Source of the DNA: Podospora anserina
Taxonomy: Eukaryota
Reading direction: 5' to 3'
Assembly: GCA_017654855.1 (NCBI GenBank)
Contig: CM030337.1
Location: 1,674,001-1,738,000 of the forward strand
Length of the DNA stretch: 64,000 nt
Under the pieces are notes generated by a model. That model had not been told where the DNA came from, searched no databases, and worked only from the letters and a program-made list of their open reading frames with translations. Positions within the stretch are counted from its first letter, which is position 1. The number at the start of each line of letters is the position of its first letter. Shown here in pieces: positions 1-12,940 of this stretch. The translations under genes and the position numbers were made by a program.

Positions 1-2
1 CT

Positions 3-674
3 TTTGTCAGGCAGAGGAGTTACTCGGCCGGTTCGATACTGGAGACTAAAGTCCCTGATATCAAACCTGTCGTCGACGCCAACACGTTGGGTAGTGACAG
101 GGCGACGCTTCGTTATTTGGTTCACTTGCATATTTGCTGCCCGGCAAAGGGGAGGTATTATTTGTATAAATCGATCAGGGTGGTGTTTGCCAATAGGGTT
201 CCCGATGGGAAGGAGAAGCTCAGGAATGAGATTACGCATCCTGATCCGAGGTTCTCGCCTTATAAGCCGGTGAGGGTGATGGGTCCTTCTCCGGTGGTGG
301 GTGGGGGTCAGGGTGAGAGGAGGAGGAGTGTTGGGTTTGCTTTGCAGCAGCAGCGACAACAACAACAACAAGATCAACCGCGGGTGGCTTTCGGTGCTTC
401 TGGGAGTCTGCCGAGGGGGTTTCAGCAGCCATTGCAGCAAACACCGGAGAGGGGGGGTGATAATACGGAGGAGGGTGTATCGCCTATGTCGGGGGTGCAA
501 ATGACTGGTTTGGCTGCGGCGAGTTATGATAAACTCAGCAAGGGAGATGTTGGTTATGGCGGGAACACCACTGTGGGAAGCACACCGTCGGCGGGACTGC
601 TGTCTCAAAGGCTGAGGTCGCTCGGGGAGCAAGATAGACGGCCGTTTCAGCAGCCGGATTCGGAGTTGGCATGA
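3..674 (+). CDS. 3' end of Atos/FAM214-like (DUF4210 + Chromosome_seg domain) protein, truncated by window start
   Basis: Open frame from position 3: FVRQRSYS...LRYLVHLHICCPAKGRYYLYKSIRVVFANRVPDGKEKL, typical of the C-terminal domain of this family. Confidence 0.75.
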   Translation, partial: FVRQRSYSAGSILETKVPDIKPVVDANTLGSDRATLRYLVHLHICCPAKGRYYLYKSIRVVFANRVPDGKEKLRNEITHPDPRFSPYKPVRVMGPSPVVGGGQGERRRSVGFALQQQRQQQQQDQPRVAFGASGSLPRGFQQPLQQTPERGGDNTEEGVSPMSGVQMTGLAAASYDKLSKGDVGYGGNTTVGSTPSAGLLSQRLRSLGEQDRRPFQQPDSELA

Positions 675-946
675 GGGAGGGAGAGATGTGACATTTGGTA
701 CTAGTTAGACTACCCTCTTGTTAGAAGCTGTCAGGATCAGGACTTTTCCATCATGTAGGAGTAATTTGGAACTGTCTGGGCCGGTAGATAGAGACGACAA
801 AGGTCATATCTTGTTGAATTCATAAAAATCACACAAATCACATTAGGGCTTACATATGCTTCCAAATCAAAATTGCATTGGCTCTTCAAGGATATATTCT
901 TTCAAGATTGGTTATATACCTAGTCCACCCACAAAACCTACATCAT

Positions 947-2230
947 TCACCTCCCATACAGCAACTTCTCCACCCTCTCCCCAATAGCCAAACAACTCGT
1001 CAGACCCGGGCTCTCAATCCCCAACAAATTCACCCACCCCTCCCACCCCTTCTCCCTCTCAATATAAAAATCCACAAACCCTTTCCCATGCGCGACGGCG
1101 CTCGCCCTCCCCAGCTTCGGCCTAATCCCCGCGTAATCCGGCACGAGTTGCCCCTCGTCCAGACCAGGCAAATACCTCTTGACCTCCCTGATCGTCTCCC
1201 CCAGCCTAGCCTGATTAACCTCCAAATCACCCGGACCATCAACCCACTCCACATCCGGCCCAAATTTAATCCTGCCCGCAAGATCCATGGTCAGATGCGT
1301 CCCCAGCCCTCCATGGCCAGGCTCAGGGGCGGGGTAGATCAACGTGTTAACCTTGGGCTGGGGGGCAGGGTAAGAAAAGTAATTCCCCTTCGCATAGTAC
1401 AGTTTCTTGTGTTGATCCTCCGGAACGATGAGATTGTTGATCTCAACCGCGCCCAATCCAGCAGCGTTGATGAGAGTTTCCGTTGTAATGGCGGAGGTTT
1501 CACCGCTGGGATCAGAGACGACGAGTTCCCAGCCTGAGGAGCCCTTGTTCCCTAGCGGGGTAATACCTTTCACATCGGAGGATAACGCGAGAGTACCGCC
1601 CGCTTCTTCAAACAGACCCAACAGGGTGAGCATCAGCGCGTGGGAGTCGATAATTCCCGTTGTTGGCGACTCCAAAATGGCTTTCTCTGCCCTGACGGCT
1701 GGTTCCCTTTCTTTGGCGGTTTCTAAAGAGACCCACTCAATAGGGACGTGCAGTTCATTCTTGCAAAAGTTGTGGATTTGCTCGAGGGCCGCGAGTTGGA
1801 GGTCGTTTTGGGCTACGATCCATTTCCCTGTGCGGCGGTGGGGGATGTCATGCTTCGCACAGAGGGAGTAGAGCAGTTCCTTGCCTCTGAGGCAGAGGGA
1901 AGTTTTGAGGGAGTCAGCACCGTAGTATATGCCTGCGTGGATCACCTCGCTGTTGCGGGACGAGGTTTCTGTTCCGATGGCATTGTGGCGCTCGAGGAGG
2001 AGCGTTGATGAGGAAGGATGGTTCCTGGCCAAAGATTGCGCAATCGCTAAACCAACTACGCCGCCGCCAATTACGGCGTGGGTAAAATCTGCATTGCGCC
2101 GGGCTGTGTTGGAAAATAGCCTCCTGAAAGCATATGACGTCGTTGGTGCTGATGTCAACAGTGTTGGTGAAGCTGAAGATAGCGATAAGGCTTTGATAAG
2201 GGGGCGCAAAGGGGCCTTGCGCACAGGCAT
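947..2230 (-). CDS. L-2-hydroxyglutarate dehydrogenase-like FAD-dependent oxidoreductase, mitochondrial
   Basis: GGGVVG Rossmann motif, ETSSRNSEVIHAGIYY and GIESPGLTS motifs; Arg/Ser-rich N-terminal presequence; single exon. Confidence 0.9.
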   Translation of the reverse strand: MPVRKAPLRPLIKALSLSSASPTLLTSAPTTSYAFRRLFSNTARRNADFTHAVIGGGVVGLAIAQSLARNHPSSSTLLLERHNAIGTETSSRNSEVIHAGIYYGADSLKTSLCLRGKELLYSLCAKHDIPHRRTGKWIVAQNDLQLAALEQIHNFCKNELHVPIEWVSLETAKEREPAVRAEKAILESPTTGIIDSHALMLTLLGLFEEAGGTLALSSDVKGITPLGNKGSSGWELVVSDPSGETSAITTETLINAAGLGAVEINNLIVPEDQHKKLYYAKGNYFSYPAPQPKVNTLIYPAPEPGHGGLGTHLTMDLAGRIKFGPDVEWVDGPGDLEVNQARLGETIREVKRYLPGLDEGQLVPDYAGIRPKLGRASAVAHGKGFVDFYIEREKGWEGWVNLLGIESPGLTSCLAIGERVEKLLYGR

Positions 2231-3391
2231 TTCTTTTTACGTGCGGGCGCCGTCACGGGTATCGAAGGCTTAGTCTTGAGTGGACCAACTTATTGCTAAA
2301 AGAATTGACTTTCTCACTGTCGAGTTTCTCCCTTTGGAACAGTGGTTGAGATCTCAAGATGGTGAGGCGGATCTGGACTCGGTGCCTTCGGTGCTTGTTC
2401 GCTCTTCGGGCGGGCCTGGGTTAGTGGGCTGCAAGCTTGATGGATGCCCTCAACGACCTCTGCTGCACCGCTGCCGGAGCAGGGTCGAGGTGCCGCGTGA
2501 TTGTCCAATGACACATTCTGGCCTCTTTGAGGGTCTGAGATAAGCTTCAGTACACGCTTCAAACAGCAGATTTCAATATTGAAGTGGTAAAAGTGGCCTG
2601 TTGAAAGCCAAACAGAGTTTATTTATTTGTCCTCGCCATCCCAAGTGTTGATGTCGTCCAAGGAAGCCAAAGTCTGTTTCCGGGGGTGGCCTTGGCATCA
2701 CGTTAGTCAGGCGTTCTTGCGGTGGAACATCAGATGCTGTTTATGAATCATTCGGGACAAGAGCAGAGTAGTATACCCAAGGTAGGTAGGTACTCCGTAG
2801 TCATAGATAACAAGACGTGGCTGAGGGAAAATGACAGATATCAGACGGTGAGGAAGGTGAGAGAGAGCCGTCTTTAGCAAATAGGATGGCATCTTGTGGT
2901 CAGGTGTGAAGTCTCGCCGGCTTCAGGAAGGCACAAGGTTCTTCCACGGGCGGGTCCGATGGGAAAAACGGCCTGTGAAAGATCGTCATGCGTCACTCGG
3001 CAGGCAGGAGCAAGGGGCATCTGGTGGGGCTTCACCCCACCATCCAGCGCACGTCCACCTTGTTCCGGACCTGTCCAGACCACTTCCAGCAACATCCCCA
3101 AAAGCGTCATGCCTTGACTGCTTCGGAGTCTCAGAGTCTCCCCACTGGTTCTCTTGCTCCGACAAAACAACTCAACAATATTGCCGCCTCACGGACCTGA
3201 AGCGGAACACGAAGAAAAGCACCACATCCGAAGACGCAGCTGGTCACGGGAGCTGTGGCCAACAGAATCGACATCAACAACCACCAGATATCTTTGGTCA
3301 AAAGCCTTCCTATTCCTGAACTTATCAAACACACTTATCGTACCTAAAGATACAAAACCCACAATTCGCATACAGAACAACCGCGCAGAAC

Positions 3392-4593
3392 ATGGCATCC
3401 GCCATTCCGGAACCAACCAACAAGTCCATCAACGGAGACGGCGCTGTCTCGCCCTCTCCGGGAGGGAGGCACCCCTCCATCTCACTCCAAGCTACTGCGA
3501 CCCTGAACGCCCAGCTGCAGCGGGAGTCACCCTCCAGACGTAAGTGTCATCTGTCCTACCCCAGGCACGCCTAGACACAAATCCACAACACTCTTTCGTA
3601 GTCGACTTGGACGATTCAGAGGCATTATTGTCACCTCGCAACTGAATTCGCAGTCCTGGTTGAGCTATCCGCGGAGTGCTGCTGGCTGCGTAAACCACGG
3701 CTCTGTGCTAACAATATCAAAAGGCTCATCTGGTAGCCCTTTGTCTCCCAGCCGAGCTTCCCCCATCAACGGCCGTCGTCTCTCTCAAGTCATTACCAAC
3801 TTGCAACTCGCAGACCCATCAGTGCCAGCACCAGGAGAGATGCTTTCCGACTCGCAAACCAACAGGCCAGGGAGTTTCCGAGCCATGAGCCCCCACCGAC
3901 TGTCCGTCACCGGATCCCCTCGATTGATCGCCACTGGAGAGCCCCGTCACAACCGAGCACCATCTCTTGGGGAAATACACCAGGAGTTGGAGACTGAGCA
4001 GGAGTTCCAAGTCAATAGGCTCCTTGGCGAAATTCGCCGCCTCCAGGAACAGGTCGATAGCTACAGGCGCCAGCAGTCTGGCTCTGCCGCCGGCAGCGAA
4101 GATCCTGCCGAGCGAACCACGACCCCGATTCCCACTTCGATCCCGCAGGTCCCAGCCGGAGCTAGCTCCGGATCCCTGCCGCGGTCCCCAGTCTTTGCTC
4201 ATCCGCGCAGCTCGTTCGACGTAGCTCGCGCCGATCTACGTCGCCGGTCTAGAACCCCCAGTAGAGGAGCGTCGCCTAGGTTGCGGTCGACCTCGATCAG
4301 TGGGGACAGCGGCGAACAGTGGCATCTAGGCTGCCGTGACGAGAGTGCTTTCTACCAAGCCGAGACTCAAATGTTGATTCGTGAGAATCAGATGCTGAAG
4401 CACCGTATCAAGGAGCTTGGTAAGTTGCCAAATTGTCAGACAGTGGGATTCGATTGATTGCTAATATCACGCAGAGCGTCAGTTGACCGATTCGACCGGA
4501 AGCAATGCATCCATCACCCACGAGCCGTCTCATCCTTCACATCTCACCCACTCAACATCTGTTTCTGAAGAGGAATCGTCCAAGCCAGTCTAG
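3392..4593 (+). CDS. Hypothetical Ser/Pro/Arg-rich coiled-coil protein (3 exons)
   Basis: Exons 3392-3539, 3724-4419 and 4475-4593 join in frame through GTAAGT...AG introns; conserved-looking motifs LGEIHQELETEQEFQVNRLL and ESAFYQAETQMLIRENQMLKHRIKELE. Confidence 0.75.
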
Positions 4594-7500
4594 AGAATGG
4601 CTCTCAAGCAAGCTTCGGATGAAACTTCGCCAGCTGTGCCAGATGAGCAGTACAGCTGTCTTTAGATGAAGTTTTTTCTCTCCTTGAAGAGCAGGGTGCA
4701 CTTGGGCACTCGTCTCTTTTTGACGAGATTCACTTGGTCTTACGATTTCATTGTTGTCATGGCGTTTTATTGGGGGCATTGGCTTTATTAAAGAGTGAGT
4801 TTCGCAGCAAGAGCTGTTCTCTGGCGGTTATGCATCTCTTATGGTATCAATGGCGATTCATGGTTTCATCATACTAGCATTGTAATGCATACTGGAGTCT
4901 ATCCAGGGTGCCATCTCATTCATTGAATTGGACGTTAGGACAAGCTTTGAAGGTCGGGTAGCCATAGGAACAGGCGTTGTAATTTTCTCGTCTTGCTTTT
5001 GATTGTTGCTTTATACTGTTTTCATATGCTCATTAATGGAGCTTATTAGTTTTATGGTATCAATCAAACCTCGAGATGTGTTTACGTTGGCGATGGTGTT
5101 TGATATCTTGAGATGCGTGAAGGCTACTTGGGATAACATGAGTGCCAAACCTTTCATCCGAAAATAGGTATAGGTAGTGACGTTGATGTGATGGAGATTG
5201 GACCATAGATTCTAGGAAGGGGACGCTAATGCAGGAACAAATCATCTCCACAACCTCAGATTATAAAGCTGAAACTAGTACTAGGGTTTGTGATGGACGG
5301 TATTCTGAAGGGCGAATGGAGATGGAGGTTTGAGTTGGCTGGTATACGCTCGTTTTGTGAGGACGTTGACAACACATACATAGGTACATACATACCTATA
5401 TTTGGGTTGACCGAGGTAAGAGACCTACCCACATAAATGTTGTGCAACGGGAAAACCATTGCTTTTTTGCGGTGAGTACCTTATGTATGTTTGTCGGTCA
5501 GCCATTGACGATATTTTGTCTTGGGTTATTTTTATATCTGTTGCTTTCTCTTTTCGCTCTTTGCAGAGGGTGGCTTACGGGGTATCTAGGTGGCTTATGT
5601 TGCTTTTTTTTTTTTTTGGTATGTATGATTATGCCCATGCTGACTAGAGACATGCAGGAGGTGTATGTCTTTCCTAAGCATGGCACTGAGAGAATTCGAG
5701 TTGTCCGAGAAGTCCGATGGGGGTGGTACGAAGTGATGATGAATTTGTGGAACTGGCAAACGTGGGGGGTAAGGGAACAGAGGGAGGGTTGGTTTGTGAG
5801 ATGTTGTGTTAGGGTTTGGGAGCTGGGTATTTTATGTTGTGGTGGGTTTGACGGGCCACGCGATGTGGGTGAGTGGTGGGACAGCAGAGAGGGGTGGTTG
5901 AGGTGGGAAGGACAGATCCAGGGGAAAGACAAACTAGAGGTGAGGTTATTTCGAAAAGGGTGTTTGTGTTGTAGGTTGGATGTTGAAGTGGATGTTGAAG
6001 GATGATCTGAGACGATGTTCACAATGACGGGGAGACGACCGACTGATCAGACCAAGGAAAAATGAAAGGAGGGGGAGATGACAGGAGGCTTGTTCTACAA
6101 TACTAGGAGATGTTGTGCGAGCATGTGAAGTCAATATTCAAAGGGCTCGTGTGACGACGGTGTGGTTCGAAAAGGAAGCTGAGAGAGGGTATGTACGCAG
6201 TGGAATAAAAAGGCGAGTTGCATATTCCCAGCTTCCAATGCTGTTCTCTTACGACGCCAAGAAGTCAATAGAGGAACGCAAAGATGCATAATTATGTATG
6301 CGGGCGGCCGGGATACGATTTCAATATTTGAAGAAGTCATCAGCATCATCATCGGATATATTCGAAGGGGACAAGGTGGATTTGGAGGTGTGGAAAAGGT
6401 ATGTTTCAAGACATCCTTGAAGGGCCCCTTGAAGCTCCACGACGATGATGGCGCCGGCAGTCTCAAGGCTGAAGGACGTCTCAGACTTGGGAAGCCGAGC
6501 CCACTTTTGGACCCCACATAGCGGAGCGGGAATGGCCGGCCGAAGCTTGGATCGATCTGGTTTGTTGGGGGGCTGGGATTTCTAGGACCGGCTCCCTGAA
6601 GATGTGCCGAGCTTGGTCCGGAACGGAGTATGCAGAGGAACGTCATGATTTTTGGTTGTTTTGTGAGGTGAGGGTTTTCATTGTTTAGGAAGTCGTGATG
6701 CTTCTAGTCTGTTGATATCAATTGATCCCCCACACCTCCCAAGATCTCTCATTCATCAGTTTGTGATGACAGTTGGTGCTGTGGCCTCTCATAGGGCAGT
6801 TGGGAAAAAAGACGTGTGGATCCTGGTCCCTGCGGATTTTTGAGTTTGGTTCGGAACCGCGCACCCCTAAATTGAGAACCACGACGGACATGGGAGGGCC
6901 CCTCGCGGGTTTGGCTCCAATTCGACCAGCCCTCGACTTCAGCAGGGATGGACTCCAGCAACGAAACCTCACAATTTGCTTCTTTCATCACACGCAGCTT
7001 GACGCATGTCCCAGAGATGCTGATAGGTGGTGGTGGTCAGCAAGAAGCAAATAAAAAATAAAAAATAAGACTCGCTCGGAGTCTTTGCCAATCCTTTGGG
7101 AATTGGGATAGCGCTGCCGCCGCTGCGCTACCACCTAGGTAGATTGGGTAGGCGCCCAAACATCACCACTCCCGGCAGCCGACGAGCCCACCACAGAAAC
7201 AACTGAAAGCGCTCAAAATCGAGCGCACGAGACACAGTTACACGGCTGTGTCTTACTTGGATGAGGTTCCCGTCCGATGTGAAGCCGAGCCCCAAGCGCC
7301 AGCTTTCCCAGCGAAGAGGAAAACAGGAAACACGGCTGGCGCATCAAGTGACTCGAGACCAGGCCCTGCCGACCCCCCCCCCAGTCCCATCCAGTCCCAT
7401 CCAAGTCCTTGCACGGTTGTTGCTGTCTGTGTTCCCGCTTTCGCTTTCCCCCGATCATCCCCCCCGTCAACCCCCCCCCCGGGCGTCATGTCCATCCATT

Positions 7501-8087
7501 CCACATTTCCACATGTCGTTTATATAGGAAAACGTTCTTCCCACTCCCCTGGCTGTGAGACCCCTTCCCCCCTCCCCTCCGTGGGTTTCCCTCGTTTATT
7601 CAGTTCCCCCCCCCTCCCCTCCACCTCCATATCATCTCATTCATCAATATATACAACCCGTCCAGTGCATTGGGCCAAAAACTTGAACGCGGCACAGTTT
7701 GAGCTCTGACGTATATTCGGCAAAGCTGTTGTGATAATCTCTGGTTCGACCACTCTCGTTGCGACCTCGGGACCACCTGTCCCGTCTGCAGCTCGGAGCT
7801 TTGGGGAACACGCGCGCCCTGCCTTATTTTGTTGCTCCTCCTTCCTTATTCGAGCCTCGACCATCTGTCGGCTCACGCGTTCGACACCTGCAGGATTCTA
7901 TCCCTTCCTTTCATTGTTTTGTTTTGGATTGCGACTCGGCCAGGAAGGGATTTGTTTACAAAACTCGACGACTGGCGGTCTATCTTCCCATGTATTGCGA
8001 TCACCAATCATCTCGACGACAAAGCTGGCGCCAGATCCATAGCAGCATTCTAGCCCATTGGCCAGATCTGAGTAGACGACAAGAGGC

Positions 8088-10454
8088 ATGACGGGGCAAC
8101 AAGGGGATCCGGCACCTACTGCAGCCGGGCTTGAAGCGTTGCAGAATTCGTTAGGGAGGAGGTCACGACCGCCGCCACTGGGGGATTGGAATGCGGAGGC
8201 GGGAAAGATACCGCTGCGCGACGACGACAAGCTACGCCGGAGAGAGTCAAGGCTGGGATTGAGGAGTATATTCGGCCGGAACAAGAGCACATCGGTAACG
8301 GCGGCACCGGCCTCGCCACGAGAGGCGCAACGGAGTAGCGGGATACGCGCCTCACTAACGAACTGGCCCTATCAGTTTCATCATCAGCGCTCTGAGAGCA
8401 CACTTGCTTCACAAGCAGGGCAGAATCTCAAACATGAGAAATCAACAGGAGGGCAACCATCGCCAGAAGGGATTGTGCCATGGAGCCCACCGCCATTGTT
8501 TCAAGCTTACCCCCAAGCGATCAAACACGCCCATCTACCAGCATGCACCGCCTCTACCGAATCGGTACTACGACTCAACATCAAGACCAGCTTCTCCATT
8601 GGAGGCGGCTCAAATCCGGCGACACCAGTAGTTGAGAAGTTTGACGAGGCCATTGGCGAGAAGACAGAGAAACCGAAGAGGAGACATCGGAGGAATACGT
8701 CGGGACTTGGGGGGGAGTTCAAGTGGACAACAAAGATGTTTGTTTTGGTTACGGCCGGGTACCTGCTTCAGTATTCAGGTGAGGGATCGTACGACCGACT
8801 GCCGGAAAAGATCCTTCACTTGGGGAAGGACTCGGCGGCATTTGCCAGTGATGCCATCCCGGGACGGCATTGGGTCCTACAAATATCAGCAGTAGCCGAG
8901 TCGGATCGTGTTCCGAGCTCCCATGGCTCTTCCTTGCTGGCACGCCTGCCCTTCATGGGGCAAGAGAGGGGCCGTTCTCCGCATTTCCTGATGGTGTTCG
9001 AGAGTGCTGAGGAAATGGATGCCTGGATTGCAGTATTAAGGCGTGAAATTGAGGCACTGGGTGGCAGGAAGGTTTTGTCTGAGACTGGCAAACCAAAGAC
9101 GGCTGATGAAGACTCGCAGCTGAAAAGCCAGACAAGTCAGCGGACGTTGGTCGTCAGAGACCCAGAGCGCTTTTCACGGATCTGGGACCATAGCTCCTTG
9201 AACCCGGATATCCAACTCGATGCTGCGGACGAGGATGTACGCGAGCAGTCATTTGACGATACGTCCTCGGCGAGTGTTATTTCCCATGACGGGCGGCAAC
9301 TGGATGCGCTCAGGGATAGCACGAATCGGTTTTCTTATGTCTCATCGGGCCAGCGAACCATGATCACATCTGCTGGTTCATCGCCTGCTTGCTCTCCTAT
9401 TCGGGACACCTTTGCGGAACACGAGTCCATGACACCGGACATGCCGCCCCTGGACGAGCACTGGTTGCCAAAGATGAGGCCCAATGCTGCGGCGATCAAC
9501 GACCGGAGACAGTCGCTTCAGGCAGGGAACCATGTGCTCGAGATGCATCTTTCAACAGCACAGACTCTTCGTCCTAGGTCGACTGAAATGGTGCCTCCGT
9601 TTTCGCCTGGCTCGCACCCAGGGTCTAATTTCAGCATTCCCCAAGGCATTAGCAAGCGATTTCCGGTAAAAGGGGTTGATTTCACCCCTGGTTCTTTCTC
9701 AACATTGCCATCTCGATTTGGCTCGCGAAGGCCACCTCCGTCTGCCTTATCTATCAACTCCCGTCCGCTGTCCCTGGTTCTTGATCAACCCTCGCCAGCA
9801 TCCTCGCCAATGAGCCACGCAAGGAAGAACAGCGCCCAGAGCACATTATCGAGCACACCAGAAGCTCTATCGACCTCTCCACCATCACATTTGTGGATCG
9901 AAAGCGACAAGTCAGACGAAGAGCTCAACTCCCCTGTCCAGCCCTCACATCCATCAATCGAGAACAGCCCACCAAAGTCCAAGCTGAACCCACCGCCACG
10001 ACCTCGACGTCCCTCCGCTTGTTCAGACATCATGGAGGACGAGAGCAGTCTCATCTCTTCACAGTCCCACCTCACAGCCCATCTCCGCGAGGGACCTCGA
10101 TCATCCTCCTCGTTGGGCACATACGGGGGAGGGCTAAGCAGACTATCCGAAACCCTCGAGCCTCGGGCTAGAAGATCGAGCTTCTCCGCCCAAGCAGGAA
10201 CCTCACTGCCACTAAGCCCGAGATACCTCTCCCAACGCCCACTCAAATCAATTGCGAGATCATCACAACATTTGAGAATCGACTCCCTCGTTAGCCCGCA
10301 GTTCCTGAACTTGAGCAGGAGTATGTCCATGCTTGCAGAGGGACCACCACCAGCACCACCACCAACGAGGGCTTTGCCGCCAATCCCTAAAAGGACATCC
10401 ACTGGGGGTGGCAGGAGTAGTTATGTGGCGGCCGCACCGCCGGGGTTCATATAA
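8088..10454 (+). CDS. PH-domain-containing protein with long Ser/Pro-rich C-terminus
   Basis: 788-aa ORF; WTTKMFVLV-GYLLQY...LMVFESAEEMDAWIAVLRREI matches PH-domain architecture. Confidence 0.8.
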   Translation: MTGQQGDPAPTAAGLEALQNSLGRRSRPPPLGDWNAEAGKIPLRDDDKLRRRESRLGLRSIFGRNKSTSVTAAPASPREAQRSSGIRASLTNWPYQFHHQRSESTLASQAGQNLKHEKSTGGQPSPEGIVPWSPPPLFQAYPQAIKHAHLPACTASTESVLRLNIKTSFSIGGGSNPATPVVEKFDEAIGEKTEKPKRRHRRNTSGLGGEFKWTTKMFVLVTAGYLLQYSGEGSYDRLPEKILHLGKDSAAFASDAIPGRHWVLQISAVAESDRVPSSHGSSLLARLPFMGQERGRSPHFLMVFESAEEMDAWIAVLRREIEALGGRKVLSETGKPKTADEDSQLKSQTSQRTLVVRDPERFSRIWDHSSLNPDIQLDAADEDVREQSFDDTSSASVISHDGRQLDALRDSTNRFSYVSSGQRTMITSAGSSPACSPIRDTFAEHESMTPDMPPLDEHWLPKMRPNAAAINDRRQSLQAGNHVLEMHLSTAQTLRPRSTEMVPPFSPGSHPGSNFSIPQGISKRFPVKGVDFTPGSFSTLPSRFGSRRPPPSALSINSRPLSLVLDQPSPASSPMSHARKNSAQSTLSSTPEALSTSPPSHLWIESDKSDEELNSPVQPSHPSIENSPPKSKLNPPPRPRRPSACSDIMEDESSLISSQSHLTAHLREGPRSSSSLGTYGGGLSRLSETLEPRARRSSFSAQAGTSLPLSPRYLSQRPLKSIARSSQHLRIDSLVSPQFLNLSRSMSMLAEGPPPAPPPTRALPPIPKRTSTGGGRSSYVAAAPPGFI

Positions 10455-11310
10455 TCCCCAGATTTTATCTCATTCACTTCTATAGGGCAGTTGATCTGCC
10501 ATTTTCAAAGGAAGGTTAATCATCAAAAGGATGGAGGGGGAGAAGAGGGGAAGGTATATGATGATCAGGAATATGGAAAGGATTCATCAAGGATTTTATA
10601 CCCAGAGAAAGCAGAGAAGAACACGACGTCTGACGACATTTTCTATTATAAATAAATATATATTACTTCTTGGTTGGTTAGAGGGTTAGGGTGTTCTGTT
10701 GCTTTCGTATCGGGCATGGTTAGTTAGCGGTAGTGGTCTGGGAAGGGATGGGTAGGGGAGATTAAATGAATTGAATACAAAGGTTGAGAACAATCTTAAC
10801 GGGGTGTCTTTGTGTGATGACTGTGGTGACAGATGCGGCTTTGGGGGAGGGATGAGTTGATTTGAAGGGGTTAGGGTTGACGGTTGAGTTACGGTGTAGG
10901 GTTGGGCGAGGGCAGATGAAGTCGGTGTGTTGAAGTCGACCTGCCATTAAAAGCCTTTTTTTTATATATATAAAAATGGAGGCATCTAAAACAGGTGACT
11001 GCCTATTTTCTCTTCATCTGAAAACTGCACCAAAGCCACAACAACGTTGAGGTCACCGTTGCAAAAACCACAACTCGCTGAAGTGAGGGGCGGCGATTTC
11101 CTGTCCAATTTTCAGCCCCACACTTTTGAATATCCCAAAAATTTGGTCAAGCGAACCTTCCTGTCCTTCCACACCCCACCACTTGTCAACCGTCCACCAC
11201 CACGAAAACAACGCGTGCAACCGGCGAAACCGACCTGGGACGACCGACTTTTTCTCGAATTTATCACACTTCCGATCTCCCTCTTCCAGCAGATCGCAAA
11301 ATCAGTCAAA

Positions 11311-12940
11311 ATGGCCGCGCAAGCTAAGTGAGTCTTACCACACCCCACAACCACACCCACCACTTGTGTGCCCTTTCCCCTGGGGTCCTCACTAACTCCC
11401 ACCACCAACCAGGCACGACTGGGCCGACGACGACGACCTCGACGAGCTCACCACCGCCGACCTTCCCCCCCCCCAGAAAATCCAAAACAAGGACGGCTCC
11501 ACCACCATCATCGAGTACCGCTACAACGACCAGAACCAAAAAGTCAAGACGACCCGCCGCATTCGCTACATCACCCACCGCGAGGTCGTCAACCCGCGCG
11601 TTGCCGAGCGCAAGGCCTGGGTCAAGTTTGGGCAGTCGGCCAAGGACGGGGCCGGGCCGGCGCCCGACACGACGAGCGTGGGGGAGAATATCATCTTCCG
11701 GCCGAGTATTAATTGGAGGAAGGATGCGAAGGATGAGAGCAAGGATCCGAATGCGCAGGCTATGAAGGATAAGTTGAAGGATAAGAAGGTTAAGGTATGT
11801 GAATGGGTGGTGGTGATTTTGTGGTGTTTTTGGGGGGAGAGGAGGGAAGGGGGCGTCAGGGCGAGTGTCCGGCGGTGTGGGAGTGACTCTACTGTTTGCC
11901 AGCTGGTTGAGGTGACTGGTTAACTTGGCCATGAGCTCTTATCGATCTTCGCGATGAGTGGCTGTGGTTAAGTCTGTTCAGAGTCGCCTCGCTGGCTGGC
12001 GTGACGGAGCTTCTTCCTGTTGGGACTGAACGCAGGAACTGGTGGATGGCGGCGTTTACCCCTTTCTCCCCCCTTTTTCAGGGACTGGTGGAAGCCAGTT
12101 ACCTCCCGCCCCCCTCCCTTTTCCCCTTTCCCCTTCTCCCCTTTCCCCTTCTCCTCTTTCTTCAGGCACTTGTGGATGCTGCTTTCCTCGTCTCCCTTTT
12201 TCTTGGCATCGATGGATAAGTTTGATGATCCTGTCAAGGGGAGAGAGGGGAACATATCGACATCTGCAATGGCGAGCAGGAGACGCCTGGAAGTAGTCTT
12301 TCCACTTCAAGAAACGTCAGACGAGCTCATGATTATGGATTTTGCGAGACTAATTTGCTCGGTAGTGTCGTATTTGCAACGGAGAGCATTTCACGGCGAG
12401 ATGTCCTTACAAGGATACGATGGCCCCTATCGGCGAGGCTGCTGGCGCTGATGTGGCGGCTGGGATGGGAGACGATGCTGGGGCTGGGGGGGCCGGTCCT
12501 GGGGGTGCTGGGGCGCCCGGGGCGGGGAAGAAGGGAAGCTATGTACCGCCTGCGTTGCGTGGTGCTGGGGGTGCTGCCGGGGCGGGAGCGGGCGAGAGAA
12601 TGGGTGGGAAGTATGGCGAGAGGGACGACTTGGCCACGCTCAGAGTCACCAACGTAAGTTTACTGTTAACGTGGGAAACCAGAAGCGGAGTATCTGCTGA
12701 CACAGGCAATGATAGGTCTCCGAGATGGCGGAAGAGAACGAGCTGCGCGATATGTTCGAGCGCTTCGGTCGGGTTACTCGCGTCTTCTTGGCCAAAGATC
12801 GCGACACTGGTCTGGCCAAGGGCTTTGCCTTCATCAGTTTCGCGGACCGTGGTGACGCTGTTAAGGCTTGTGCCAAGATGGACGGTTTCGGTTTCAGGCA
12901 CTTGATTCTCAGAGTCGAGTTTGCGAAGAAGGCTGCGTAA
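11311..12940 (+). CDS. TIF35: Eukaryotic translation initiation factor 3 subunit G (4 exons)
   Basis: Exons 11311-11327, 11413-11794, 12366-12653, 12716-12940; HDWADDDD N-terminus, [15 protein letters not shown] zinc knuckle, C-terminal RRM (KGFAFISF). Confidence 0.95.

Noticed and set aside
4591-4665. Possible readthrough extension after TAG 4591, ending in SCL
   Set aside because: A 23-codon open stretch is expected by chance, the stop context is not a known readthrough motif, and SCL is not a canonical PTS1.
12220-12340. Box C/D snoRNA in the eIF3g intron
   Set aside because: A TGATGA is present, but there is no suitably placed CTGA box D or terminal stem.
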